Of a stretch of DNA of 64,000 nt, positions 50,393 through 59,532 are shown piece by piece. Numbering within the stretch: position 1 is the first letter of the stretch; each line of letters begins with the position of its first letter. The position numbers were made by a program, and so were the translations under genes. Under the pieces are notes generated by a model. It did no database searches. It had not been told where the DNA came from and saw only the letters and a list, made by a program, of their open reading frames with translations. The stretch is from Pseudomonadales bacterium (GTDB lineage: Bacteria; Pseudomonadota; Gammaproteobacteria; Pseudomonadales; UBA7434). The stretch covers positions 17 to 64,016 of the forward strand of contig JABDNS010000108.1 of NCBI GenBank assembly GCA_013043705.1. Direction: 5' to 3'.

Positions 50393-51649
50393 ATGGATTG
50401 GTTGCGCAGATTTATAGACGGCAGTTACATGCCGCATGGTCATTGCCTCGCGTGGCAACCCGACCTGTTATTTATGCACGTGGGCTCAGACATACTTATA
50501 GCGCTTGCCTACTTCAGCATCCCGGCCACTTTAACGATTCTTGCGCTGAAGCGCCCCGACCTGAACTTCAATCGTTTCTTTATTTTGTTCAGCCTGTTTA
50601 TTTTCGGTTGCGGAACATCGCACATCATCGGCACGATTAATATTTGGAACGGCTACTACTACATTGAGGGAATGGTTAAAGCGCTTACCGCCGCAGTGTC
50701 CGTGCTCACTGCATTCGCCGTATGGCCGATGGTTCCCAAGCTACTGAACGTACCCTCCTTCGAGGCGCTGGAGAAGGCAAACAACGAGCTCAAACAGGAG
50801 GTTGCCAAACGAAAAGCAGCCGAGCAGGCGCTAAGTGAGATGAACAAGAGCCTGGAAGCAAAGGTAAAGCGCCGCACAAAAGATTTGGAACAATCGAATA
50901 AAGCTTTGAAAGAGTTTGTTCACGTGGCCTCTCATGATTTGAAGGCACCGTTAAGAGGCATCAATAACTATGCACAATTCCTACAGGAGGATTTTGCCGA
51001 AAACATTCCCGATGAAGGCAAGGAATACCTGGCCGGGATAAAAGACCTGGCCGCACGCATGGGCCGCTTACTGCAGTCATTGCTTGACTACGCGCGTGTC
51101 GACAGCAATACGCGGGACCTACAGCCGGCTAATCTAAAAGAAATTATGCAACGCGCTGCAAAGCGCTTCCACGGCGAGCCGCACGTTACGATAACACTGC
51201 CGGAAACGAGTGGAGAAATATACTGCCACCCAATTCAACTTACCGCTGTATTCGCAAATATTTTTGATAATGCAATTAAATATAACGATAAAGAAGAAAA
51301 GAAAATAGATGTTGATGCCGAACTAGTTGATGGCTTCTGGCATATCAACATTAGCGACAATGGCATTGGCATTGATAACAAACATCTTTTAAATATCTTT
51401 GATTTTTTCCAGCGACTGCACGGCCAGAATGAATACGGTGGCGGCAGTGGCGCCGGACTGGCCATCGTGAAAAAAATAGTCGAACAAGCGAAGGGCAACA
51501 TATCGGTTGTTTCACAGTTGGGCGAAGGCAGCTGCTTCGCAATAAAGTTGCCGGCCATGTTACCCGGCCAACATCTCGAGCAGCCTGGCCCGCAGCAAAA
51601 ACAAGTCGAAACACCATTTTCATTCAACGGCAACCCCGCGCTAACTTAA
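50393..51649 (+). CDS. Membrane sensor histidine kinase with an ETR1-like (ethylene-binding-domain-like) N-terminal 3-TM module
   Basis: The N-terminus contains SDILIALAYFSIP...FIFGCGTSHII...KALTAAVSVLTA, followed by a coiled coil. The H-box is ASHDLKAPLRGI, the N-box NAIKYN and the G-boxes DNGIGI and GGGSGAGLAIV. Confidence 0.85.
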   Translation: MDWLRRFIDGSYMPHGHCLAWQPDLLFMHVGSDILIALAYFSIPATLTILALKRPDLNFNRFFILFSLFIFGCGTSHIIGTINIWNGYYYIEGMVKALTAAVSVLTAFAVWPMVPKLLNVPSFEALEKANNELKQEVAKRKAAEQALSEMNKSLEAKVKRRTKDLEQSNKALKEFVHVASHDLKAPLRGINNYAQFLQEDFAENIPDEGKEYLAGIKDLAARMGRLLQSLLDYARVDSNTRDLQPANLKEIMQRAAKRFHGEPHVTITLPETSGEIYCHPIQLTAVFANIFDNAIKYNDKEEKKIDVDAELVDGFWHINISDNGIGIDNKHLLNIFDFFQRLHGQNEYGGGSGAGLAIVKKIVEQAKGNISVVSQLGEGSCFAIKLPAMLPGQHLEQPGPQQKQVETPFSFNGNPALT

Positions 51650-51689
51650 TAGAAAGTTTTTTGCTGGTTTACTTCGAGAGAGTTTAAAA

Positions 51690-52127
51690 ATGAAGCATGA
51701 GAAATATTTTTTACTAGTTGAAGATGACGAAATGGATATCCATATATTCAAGCGCGCACACAAAAAACTCGGGCTTCGACACCCAGTAGTGGTAAAAGAT
51801 GATGCGGAGAGCGCGTTGCAGTTGTTGCTTAACCCGAATAGTTCGCGCGATGCGCTAGTGGTGCTTGATATCAATATGCCACGTATGAATGGCTTTGAGT
51901 TTCTACGTCGCTTGCGCAAAGAGCAAAAACACCGCAATCAATGTGTTTTTATTATGAGCTCTTCGGACAGCGATTCCGACATTGAAAGGGCTTATGACCT
52001 TGGCGCATCAGGTTATTTCGTAAAGCACCAAAAGTTTGAGCAAACCCTGGCCTCTGTAAAGGTCATGGATGATTTTATCGGCCTTGTAGAACTACCTGCG
52101 CCCAAGCCTGAGGCAGCTGTTAGCTGA
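51690..52127 (+). CDS. Stand-alone CheY-like response regulator receiver
   Basis: The 145-aa ORF reads FLLVEDDEMD...LVVLDINMPRMNG...FIMSSS...GYFVKH. Confidence 0.85.
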   Translation: MKHEKYFLLVEDDEMDIHIFKRAHKKLGLRHPVVVKDDAESALQLLLNPNSSRDALVVLDINMPRMNGFEFLRRLRKEQKHRNQCVFIMSSSDSDSDIERAYDLGASGYFVKHQKFEQTLASVKVMDDFIGLVELPAPKPEAAVS

Positions 52128-52254
52128 GTGTGTATGGTTTTTAACCAGCCATGTCAAAAAAAGCAATGTAAAAGACATCGCATTGAATAACCTATACTGA
52201 AATAAGAGCTTTACGTGATTTTTCAAGCGGATACATGGATAACTTGCGGAATAT

Positions 52255-53205
52255 ATGGAAAAGCAAATAAACATTTTGCTGGTTGAAGACTTCGACGCAG
52301 ATCGAATCAACATCGCTCGCCTGCTAGAACGCATTCCGCTAACCGTTAATTTGCAATCTGCCGTCGACGTCAAATCAGCGATGCTGTTGCTGGAACACCA
52401 GGCCTTCGACTGCGTGCTGCTGGATTATCACTTGCCATCTGGCACTGGTGACGAGTTACTCGAGTACATCCGTTATCACGACCTGCCAACGGCAATCATT
52501 ATGCTCACCGGCAATGTCAACGACTCGATTGTGGATGAATGCCTACTCGGTGGCGCCCAGGATTTCCTGGATAAAGGCGAACTTAACGAAAAAAGTTTGT
52601 CACATGCGATAGCATTTGCGATCAAGCGATTTAGTATTGAAAAAGCCATTCGCTTCAGCGCGCTTCACGATCCGCTAACCAAACTCGCCAATCGAACCCT
52701 GTTCGAAGAGCACCTGGAGCAGGCCTTTTTGCGCGCACAGCGCAGTGGCAGGTTAATTGGACTGGTAATGCTGGATGTCGATGACTTTAAAAGGGTTAAC
52801 GATACTTATGGGCACCCGGCAGGTGATGCGGCGCTGCTCGGCGTGGCGCAACGCTTAAAGAATGCCAGCCGCCGCAACGATACCGCGGCGCGAATTGGTG
52901 GCGATGAGTTTGTTTTGTTACTCGAAGGGCTTCGCGATGCCGCGGATGCGCAACGCATTGTCCAGAAAATTCTTAGCGCGGCGCAGCAACCGGTTAATTG
53001 CGACGGCAACGAAATCTTTATAGAACACAGTATTGGTATTGCGCTGTCGGAAGGTAATAGCGATGATGTCGACCAGCTAGTGCGCCAGGCCGACCAGGCG
53101 CTTTACGAAGCAAAGCGCGCCGGCAAAGGTTGCTTTCGCATTTTCTCTGGAACTACTACAAAAAAACAGCGCAAAAACTTAAACACTGCATCCAGTATTA
53201 GCTAA
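52255..53205 (+). CDS. Response regulator with GGDEF diguanylate cyclase output (intact GGDEF and I-site)
   Basis: The receiver reads ILLVEDFDAD...CVLLDYHLPSGTG...IMLTG. The output domain carries RRNDTAARIGGDEF. Confidence 0.9.
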   Translation: MEKQINILLVEDFDADRINIARLLERIPLTVNLQSAVDVKSAMLLLEHQAFDCVLLDYHLPSGTGDELLEYIRYHDLPTAIIMLTGNVNDSIVDECLLGGAQDFLDKGELNEKSLSHAIAFAIKRFSIEKAIRFSALHDPLTKLANRTLFEEHLEQAFLRAQRSGRLIGLVMLDVDDFKRVNDTYGHPAGDAALLGVAQRLKNASRRNDTAARIGGDEFVLLLEGLRDAADAQRIVQKILSAAQQPVNCDGNEIFIEHSIGIALSEGNSDDVDQLVRQADQALYEAKRAGKGCFRIFSGTTTKKQRKNLNTASSIS

Positions 53206-53248
53206 ACCAGGTTACTATCGCGACCAAGCTCCTCTTAAGACCATGTTA

Positions 53249-54142
53249 CTACTGGGCAGCGCTTGCGTGCTCGCTAATGAGCGAGGTAAAACGCGGTAAC
53301 AATGGCGCCGGCAAGTCATGCCCCATGCCATCAAATAACTTCAATCGCGCACCGCTTATATGTCTTGCGGTATCAATACCGGCTTCAACCGGCACCAGAA
53401 GATCATGCTTACCGTGAATAACCAGCGTGGGCCTGCAGATTGATTGCAAAAGTTTGACCCTGCTGCCGCTTTCTACAATGGCAGCCATCTGCCGCAACGC
53501 TCCCTCCGGATAGTAGCTACGCCTGAAACTGCGCAGGATTTTTTCTTTCAGCTCTTCCGGGTGTGGCCTGAATGCCGGGCTGCCGATGAGCTCCGAAACC
53601 TTGAGACGGTGCTCAATGTAGGCCTGCTCGCCCAACCTGGGCCTGCGTAGCATGGCCGCGCTGACCTTCGCACTAGCGGCGGGCAACTTGCGATCGCCGC
53701 TACTCGACATAATGGACGTAAAGCTCTGGACCCGCTGCGGATACAACGCGGTAACCAGCTGGCCAATCATGCCACCCATCGAAACACCAACCACGTGCGC
53801 CTGCTCTATCGACAGCGCATCGAGCAAACCGAGCGTATCGTCGGCCATGTCCCTAAGCGTGTAGGGAACGCTTAGCGGCAAACCCATGCGCGCGCGCAGC
53901 AGGGCAAGTGGAATATTCGGCGGCCTGGCGTGATGGAATTTGTCGGACAAGCCATTGTCTCGATTGTCAAAGCGCACCACGCGAAAGCCTTCGTTGGCCA
54001 AACCCTCGCAAAAGCTCTCGGGCCAGGCAATCATCTGTGTGGCCAGGCCCATGATCAAAATTATCGCGGGGTCTTTGCTGCTGCCAAATTCCTCATACGC
54101 CAACTTCACGCCGTTGGCGTGCACAAATTGCTCTGTCATCAA
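53249..54142 (-). CDS. Alpha/beta-fold hydrolase
   Basis: It has the nucleophile elbow HVVGVSMGG, an IMGL oxyanion region and a C-terminal GHDLP His. Confidence 0.85.
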   Translation of the reverse strand: MMTEQFVHANGVKLAYEEFGSSKDPAIILIMGLATQMIAWPESFCEGLANEGFRVVRFDNRDNGLSDKFHHARPPNIPLALLRARMGLPLSVPYTLRDMADDTLGLLDALSIEQAHVVGVSMGGMIGQLVTALYPQRVQSFTSIMSSSGDRKLPAASAKVSAAMLRRPRLGEQAYIEHRLKVSELIGSPAFRPHPEELKEKILRSFRRSYYPEGALRQMAAIVESGSRVKLLQSICRPTLVIHGKHDLLVPVEAGIDTARHISGARLKLFDGMGHDLPAPLLPRFTSLISEHASAAQ

Positions 54143-54328
54143 CTACCCCTGTATTTAATCCGGTTATCTATTCAATAATAGAATGAATAGCCAACTGAAT
54201 AACTAATCTAATAAAAACAGCAACATAGCCCAACCTGGCACCACAACCTGCAGCTGTTGTCCCGCCTGTACCCGGCATTACTTGACTATTTTGCCCACCA
54301 ATTCACTGACAAGCCAAAAATGTGACCT

Positions 54329-54344
54329 AGCGCACATGTGCGCT
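54329..54344. repeat. Perfect 16-bp palindrome AGCGCACATGTGCGCT in a divergent promoter region
   Basis: Read directly from the sequence; it is self-complementary over all 16 positions. Confidence 0.9.
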
Positions 54345-54481
54345 GCGTAAGCTGTCTACACTTTGTTCTAATCGATCGTTAAATGATCGTTATTTGTCGA
54401 TTACTCGACATCGGGCTCGCCCGGCAAATCAGCGCTTTCGCTACCACCTACAGCATGCACAGTACTAAAAGGACATTGCAG

Positions 54482-55102
54482 ATGAAAATTTTAGCCTCGA
54501 TCACCGCCGCGCTGGGTCTTTGCGCCGCTTTTGCCAGCCAGGCCGCGGCACCATCCGCCAGTAGCGATTACCAACGGCTCGCTTCCAACGAAGCCTATGT
54601 GCTGGTGGGCGTGGATGCGCGAGGCGCACTCGGCCACTATGTCTCGTCGCTGAACTTTAGCGATAAACGCGCCGGTATTCGAATGACCATTCCGAAACAA
54701 AGTGGCATGCAACTGGTAAAGGTAAAGGCCGGCACCTACCAGCCCAAGGCACTGGCTTTAGCCAGTCGTGGTGACAAAACGAAAACCCGGGCGCTACCGC
54801 AAAAATATACCGGCGAAGGCATAGAAATCGAGGCCGGCACGATAACCTATATTGGCAACTGGAACCTGCGCTATGGCCAGCGCGTGCGCTGGATTGACAG
54901 CAGCCACCTGGTAGATGTTGCCGAGTACGGCGTGCATTTCGCGCCACGTGATGTCGAAAAATTCTACCATGCCAACCAGTGGGTTTCCGACTACCCGCTG
55001 CGTGTGGCGCATATGAACGGCAAACGCGTTGCTGCACCCTGGATCTTCAATGATAAGAAAGAAGGCGCCAACTCAAGGCCATTTGCCCAGCTGTCTAGAT
55101 AG
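54482..55102 (+). CDS. Hypothetical secreted protein
   Basis: It has the Sec signal peptide MKILASITAALGLCAAFASQAAA. No family was recognised. The start is trimmed to 54482, preceded by AAAGGA. Confidence 0.55.
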   Translation: MKILASITAALGLCAAFASQAAAPSASSDYQRLASNEAYVLVGVDARGALGHYVSSLNFSDKRAGIRMTIPKQSGMQLVKVKAGTYQPKALALASRGDKTKTRALPQKYTGEGIEIEAGTITYIGNWNLRYGQRVRWIDSSHLVDVAEYGVHFAPRDVEKFYHANQWVSDYPLRVAHMNGKRVAAPWIFNDKKEGANSRPFAQLSR

Positions 55103-55116
55103 TACAGCGGCGCATG

Positions 55117-57342
55117 CTAACGCAATGCATCGAGCACGATGCTTTGCGTTAGTACTTGCGGCAACATTTGCGCGGCGCGGCCCGGCTTGTAAACGATGTA
55201 CAGCGGCACGCCGTTACGTTTAAAGCTTTCCAGATAGCGGCTAATGGCAGGGTCGCTGTTAGTCCAGTCACCCACCAGGTATTCCACATCGGGGCGCGCA
55301 AGCGCCCTTTTTACTTCATCCCGCGACAAAGCCACCCGCTCATTGACCTTACAGGTTATGCACCAGTCGGCGGTCATATTGACCAACACCGTTTTACCCG
55401 CAGCCAGCGCTGCATCCAGGCGCGCTTGAGACCAAGCCTTTTTATCGCCTGCAGCAGCGTGTGTCTCGCTGTTTTGTGGTTCCAAGTCCACCGCTGCAGC
55501 ACGGCCCAACTGCAGCGACCAGAGCAAGCTCATTATTGCCAGGCCACCGGCTATAAGTGCGGCAACAAGGCCAATGCGGGCACGCGGCCCGAACTGGCTG
55601 ACGCGTCGGCACCAAAGCGCCAGCGCCAGGCAAACCATACCAACCAGTAGCGCGGCAGCGGCATCTACTCCCACCTGCCTGGCAAAAACCCACAGTAACC
55701 AAACTACCGTCAGGTAAATTGGGAAGGCCAGCAATTCCTTCAGACGAACCATCCAGTTACCCGGCGCCGGCAAGCTGTTTGCCAGCGCGGGTATAAACGC
55801 AATCAACAAAAACGGCAGCGCCAGGCCAAGGCCTAGCACGGCAAAAGTCAACAATGCCACCCACAACGGTTGGGTTAGCGCGAAGCCCATGGCAGTGCCC
55901 ATAAACGGCGCGGTGCAAGGTGTGGCAACTACGGTGGCGAGCACGCCGGTGAGGAACGATGCCCGCATTGGCGAACTGTTGGCAACACCGGCTTGCCCGA
56001 TATTTTGCAGCGCGCCGCCAAACTCGAGTACGCCCGACAGAGAAAGCCCCAACATAAATAGCACGTAAATAAGTAGCGCAACAAAGCCTGGCGCCTGCAG
56101 CTGGAAGCCCCAGCCAATTTGCTCGCCAGCAGCACGCAGTGCAATCAAAACGGCGGCGACCAGCAAGAAACTCGATACCACACCGGCAGCGTACGCAAGC
56201 CCGTGCCGGCGTCTTAGGCTTGTAGAGTGCCCGCCATGCTCGACAAGACTGATCACCTTTAATGATAAAACCGGAAACACACAGGGCATTGCGTTCAATA
56301 CCAGCCCGCCTAACAACGCGAAAAGCAAAATCAATGGCAGCGAGCGGTCTCTAGCGTTGGCTTCCGGCACATTGTCACCGGCATTCTGTGCATCTGCTTG
56401 CTGCAACGCGGATGGTGTTGCATCGAAGCGTGCCAGCACATTAATTGCGCGCGTAGCTGATGCAGGCCCTGCAGGCTTGAGCAACAGCGGCAAAAAGGCC
56501 GGTGGCTCTACCAGCGCGCCATGCGCGTTAGCAGTTATCGTCAATCCATTCTCGTTAATACTGACTCGTGGACGCTCGGCCGCAGACACCACGCCAGGCG
56601 CTGCAAACAACACATCGGGTTGACGGTCCAGTACTGGGAGTGAATCTGCGCCTATTTCTACCCGCAGGCTGCCTTGTTGAAGCTGGTAGCTGGCCGGCGC
56701 ACCTTGCAGCTGTCGCGGCAATTTACCGCGCCAGCCCGCGAAGGCTTGCGCTAGCGCAGCTTGCTCCGCCGTATCCGCAATAAGCCCGGGTGCTGCCAAC
56801 GGTAAATGCAGCGCCAGCTCGGCTGCACCTTGCACGCAAACTTCGTGACACACCAGCCAGCTGGCGCTGGCCCTGATCGGCAGCAAATCGCCTTCAATAT
56901 CGTCAAGCATGGCTTGCAGCGCATCGCGTGGCGGCATCGCAATATCAACCAGCAACGCAGCCTCGCCTTGATAGCCAAAAATGGTTGTGCCGGCAAAATT
57001 TATCCGCTCGGGCACAGGCCATTGCAGCTCACCCGCGCGCATACCCGCAGGCAGCTGCCATTCAAGCCGTGTGGGCTTGCCGCTGCCACCCGGGTTTTTC
57101 CAGTAGGTATGCCAACCCGCTTGCGGCTCCAGGCGCAAGGCAAACTGTTGTTGGCTGCCCGGTTCCAAAAAAGGCCGCTCGCTAAGCAGGCTGACCCGTA
57201 AATGCGGTGCTTCCACGCTGTGTAGTTGAGCGGACGGCTGCGCCGCAAACGCCGTGCTGCTACCCGGCCAGCTGGCGCTAACAACGGCCATGAGACTGGC
57301 GCTCAGCAGCAGCGCGCGTAAACAGCTTCGCAAAGCGCGCAT
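55117..57342 (-). CDS. dsbD: Thiol:disulfide interchange protein DsbD family (N-terminal periplasmic domain, 8-TM core, C-terminal thioredoxin)
   Basis: It has MPCVFPVLSLK in the TM core and the C-terminal ADWCITCK thioredoxin motif. The start is trimmed to the signal-peptide Met (MRALRSCLRALLLSASL) at 57342. Confidence 0.85.
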   Translation of the reverse strand: MRALRSCLRALLLSASLMAVVSASWPGSSTAFAAQPSAQLHSVEAPHLRVSLLSERPFLEPGSQQQFALRLEPQAGWHTYWKNPGGSGKPTRLEWQLPAGMRAGELQWPVPERINFAGTTIFGYQGEAALLVDIAMPPRDALQAMLDDIEGDLLPIRASASWLVCHEVCVQGAAELALHLPLAAPGLIADTAEQAALAQAFAGWRGKLPRQLQGAPASYQLQQGSLRVEIGADSLPVLDRQPDVLFAAPGVVSAAERPRVSINENGLTITANAHGALVEPPAFLPLLLKPAGPASATRAINVLARFDATPSALQQADAQNAGDNVPEANARDRSLPLILLFALLGGLVLNAMPCVFPVLSLKVISLVEHGGHSTSLRRRHGLAYAAGVVSSFLLVAAVLIALRAAGEQIGWGFQLQAPGFVALLIYVLFMLGLSLSGVLEFGGALQNIGQAGVANSSPMRASFLTGVLATVVATPCTAPFMGTAMGFALTQPLWVALLTFAVLGLGLALPFLLIAFIPALANSLPAPGNWMVRLKELLAFPIYLTVVWLLWVFARQVGVDAAAALLVGMVCLALALWCRRVSQFGPRARIGLVAALIAGGLAIMSLLWSLQLGRAAAVDLEPQNSETHAAAGDKKAWSQARLDAALAAGKTVLVNMTADWCITCKVNERVALSRDEVKRALARPDVEYLVGDWTNSDPAISRYLESFKRNGVPLYIVYKPGRAAQMLPQVLTQSIVLDALR

Positions 57343-57721
57343 ACCCTGAACCAAGAGAGCGAACTCGACGTAATACTCTCTGGGTAGTCGTTTTAGCGAA
57401 ATATCTGGCTGCATATAGATGGCACTAGGTCGGTGTGGAAAGTAAACGGGCGCCAGTTCACAGTATGCGAGCTTTTGCCGGGTTTGAAAGAAAAGCATTT
57501 GGCCCAAAATAACGGGCAAAGTTCTGTTGCGAATGCCCCTGGCTGTGCAGGGCCGGCTAGCAACTAAACGCGCGCTGTGCTGTCCAACCCCCCGCACAGC
57601 CAGGATGGCTCGTAAATGGCCTGCTTTGGGCGATGTGCACCGCGCAGAATTGCGCTAAAATAGCTTTATCGGGCTGGGAGCGTAAGTAGCCTCCGGCCAT
57701 TTACCAATGAGGAAAATGACC

Positions 57722-58393
57722 ATGCAAGACAGACAAGTGTTCGACACGAGAGCCGCCTCCGTCGGCACCTCGATCGCCACACACAAGGTTCTGAAGAATA
57801 CCTACATGTTGCTTGCGCTCACGCTGGCGTTCAGTGCACTTGCCGCGTTCGGCGCAATGGCCGTCGGTATCGGCCGCGGTGCTTCGCTGGGCATGTCGCT
57901 GGGTGCATTGGCACTCATCTGGTTCGTTTTGCCACGTACCTGGAACTCCGCTTCAGGCATTTGGGTGGTGTTTGCCTTCACTGGCCTGCTCGGCGCGTCG
58001 CTGGGGCCACTACTTAGCATCTACCTCGCTATGGACAACGGCCCGGCGCTGGTTATGCAAGCCCTGGGCGGCACCGCACTGGTATTTTTCGGCTTGTCTG
58101 GCTACGCGTTAACAACGCGTAAAGACTTTTCGTTTATGGGAGGTTTTCTGGTTGTCGGGCTTATCGTTGCCATCGTAGCCAGCATTGCGAATATGTTTTT
58201 CGCGGTACCGGCTGTGTCGCTGGCCATTTCCGCCGGCATCGTACTGGTTATGTCAGGCTTTATCCTGTTTGATACCAGCCGTATTGTAAATGGTGGCGAA
58301 ACCAACTACGTGCGTGCCACCGTGTCGCTGTACCTGAACATCTACAACCTGTTTACTTCCATGCTGCACCTGCTGGGCGCGATGGACGATTAA
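57722..58393 (+). CDS. Bax inhibitor-1/YccA family membrane protein
   Basis: HKVLKNTYMLLALTLAFSAL begins a 7-TM protein. The ATG at 57722 has the best spacing to GAGGA, but 57707 and 57716 are also possible starts. Confidence 0.85.
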   Translation: MQDRQVFDTRAASVGTSIATHKVLKNTYMLLALTLAFSALAAFGAMAVGIGRGASLGMSLGALALIWFVLPRTWNSASGIWVVFAFTGLLGASLGPLLSIYLAMDNGPALVMQALGGTALVFFGLSGYALTTRKDFSFMGGFLVVGLIVAIVASIANMFFAVPAVSLAISAGIVLVMSGFILFDTSRIVNGGETNYVRATVSLYLNIYNLFTSMLHLLGAMDD

Positions 58394-58425
58394 ACAAAGC
58401 AATGGTTTTATTTAGCCGTTATCAA

Positions 58426-58450
58426 AAGCCCTGCAATGCGGGGCTTTTTT
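58426..58450 (+). terminator. Rho-independent terminator after the YccA-like gene
   Basis: The hairpin GCCCTGC-AAT-GCGGGGC is followed by TTTTTTT. Confidence 0.6.
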
Positions 58451-58507
58451 TATGCCCGTCGCGCTGGACTGTGTCCCTTGGCGAATAGGCCGGGAGTGGT
58501 TAAACCG

Positions 58508-59509
58508 ATGACCGAACACCCATTCGCGCAATACGTTCGCACGCTCGGCAAGGGCAAAACCGGCAGCCGCTCGCTAAGCCGCGATGAAGCGCGGCAGGCT
58601 ATGCAGCTAATCTTGTCGGGGCAAGCCGAAGACGTACAGATTGGTGCATTCCTGATGCTACTACGGGTGAAGGAAGAATCCGCAGAAGAACTCGCCGGGT
58701 TTGTGGATGCGTGTCGCGCGCATATTGCAGTTGCGCATACACCACTAGCGGGCATCGACTTCGACTGGAGCAGTTACGCCGGCAAGCGACGCCAGCCGCT
58801 ATGGTTTATATTAGCCGCGTTGTTGCTGGCGCAGTCCGGGTATCGCGTATTGATGCACGGCAGCCGCGGCCACACCGCCGGCAGGCACTACGCGCAAGAC
58901 TCGCTCGAGGCATTGGGTATAGCACCAGCATCCTCCTCGCAACAAGCCGCTGAACAACTCGAAAATAATAACTTCGCTTTTATGCCGCTGGCGGCGCTTT
59001 GCCCACCGTTGCAGCAATTAATGGATTTGCGCGATCTGTTTGGCTTGCGCTCGCCTGTACATACGCTGAGCCGGCTGCTGAATCCTTTCTCTGCCCATAC
59101 TACGCTGCAAAGTGTGTTTCATCCGGCCTATGCAAGCACACATCATGCCGCTGCCGGACTGCTCGGCGAGCAGCACTCGCTTGTGTTCAAAGGTGATGCA
59201 GGCGAAGTGGAATATAGGCCGCAAGCTAACTTGAAAGTGAAATTGTGGCGATCGGGCAAGACCGAAGAAATAAAGCTGCTACGTCGTGTTGATTCAGTTG
59301 AAGCAGTTGAACCAAGTGTGGCCGCGCTCACCGCTTGCTGGGAATCGGGCGCGCAACCATCCTATGCGGTGCAGGCAATTCTGGGTAGCGTAGCGCTGGC
59401 CCTGTATGCGCATGGCGCTGTTGATAACGTAGAGCAGGGTTTCGAAGCAGCCTCGGCGATGTGGCAGTCGCGAGGGGACATCTACCCGGCCCGCCCTGCG
59501 CCCGCCTAA
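58508..59509 (+). CDS. Glycosyl transferase family 3 / YbiB-like (anthranilate phosphoribosyltransferase homologue)
   Basis: GKGKTGSRSLSRDEARQAMQLILSGQAEDVQIGAFLMLLRVKEESAEELAGF parallels the E. coli YbiB N-terminus. The start is trimmed to MTEHPF. Confidence 0.7.
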   Translation: MTEHPFAQYVRTLGKGKTGSRSLSRDEARQAMQLILSGQAEDVQIGAFLMLLRVKEESAEELAGFVDACRAHIAVAHTPLAGIDFDWSSYAGKRRQPLWFILAALLLAQSGYRVLMHGSRGHTAGRHYAQDSLEALGIAPASSSQQAAEQLENNNFAFMPLAALCPPLQQLMDLRDLFGLRSPVHTLSRLLNPFSAHTTLQSVFHPAYASTHHAAAGLLGEQHSLVFKGDAGEVEYRPQANLKVKLWRSGKTEEIKLLRRVDSVEAVEPSVAALTACWESGAQPSYAVQAILGSVALALYAHGAVDNVEQGFEAASAMWQSRGDIYPARPAPA

Positions 59510-59532
59510 ACCTTGCGCTCGCCTTAACGTCG

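Noticed and set aside
46940-55102. Calling the tRNA-Ser-adjacent segment a genomic island or mobile element.
   Set aside because: No integrase, recombinase, transposase or flanking direct repeat of the tRNA 3' end could be found by eye. It is reported only as a compositional and synteny observation, not as a mobile_element feature.
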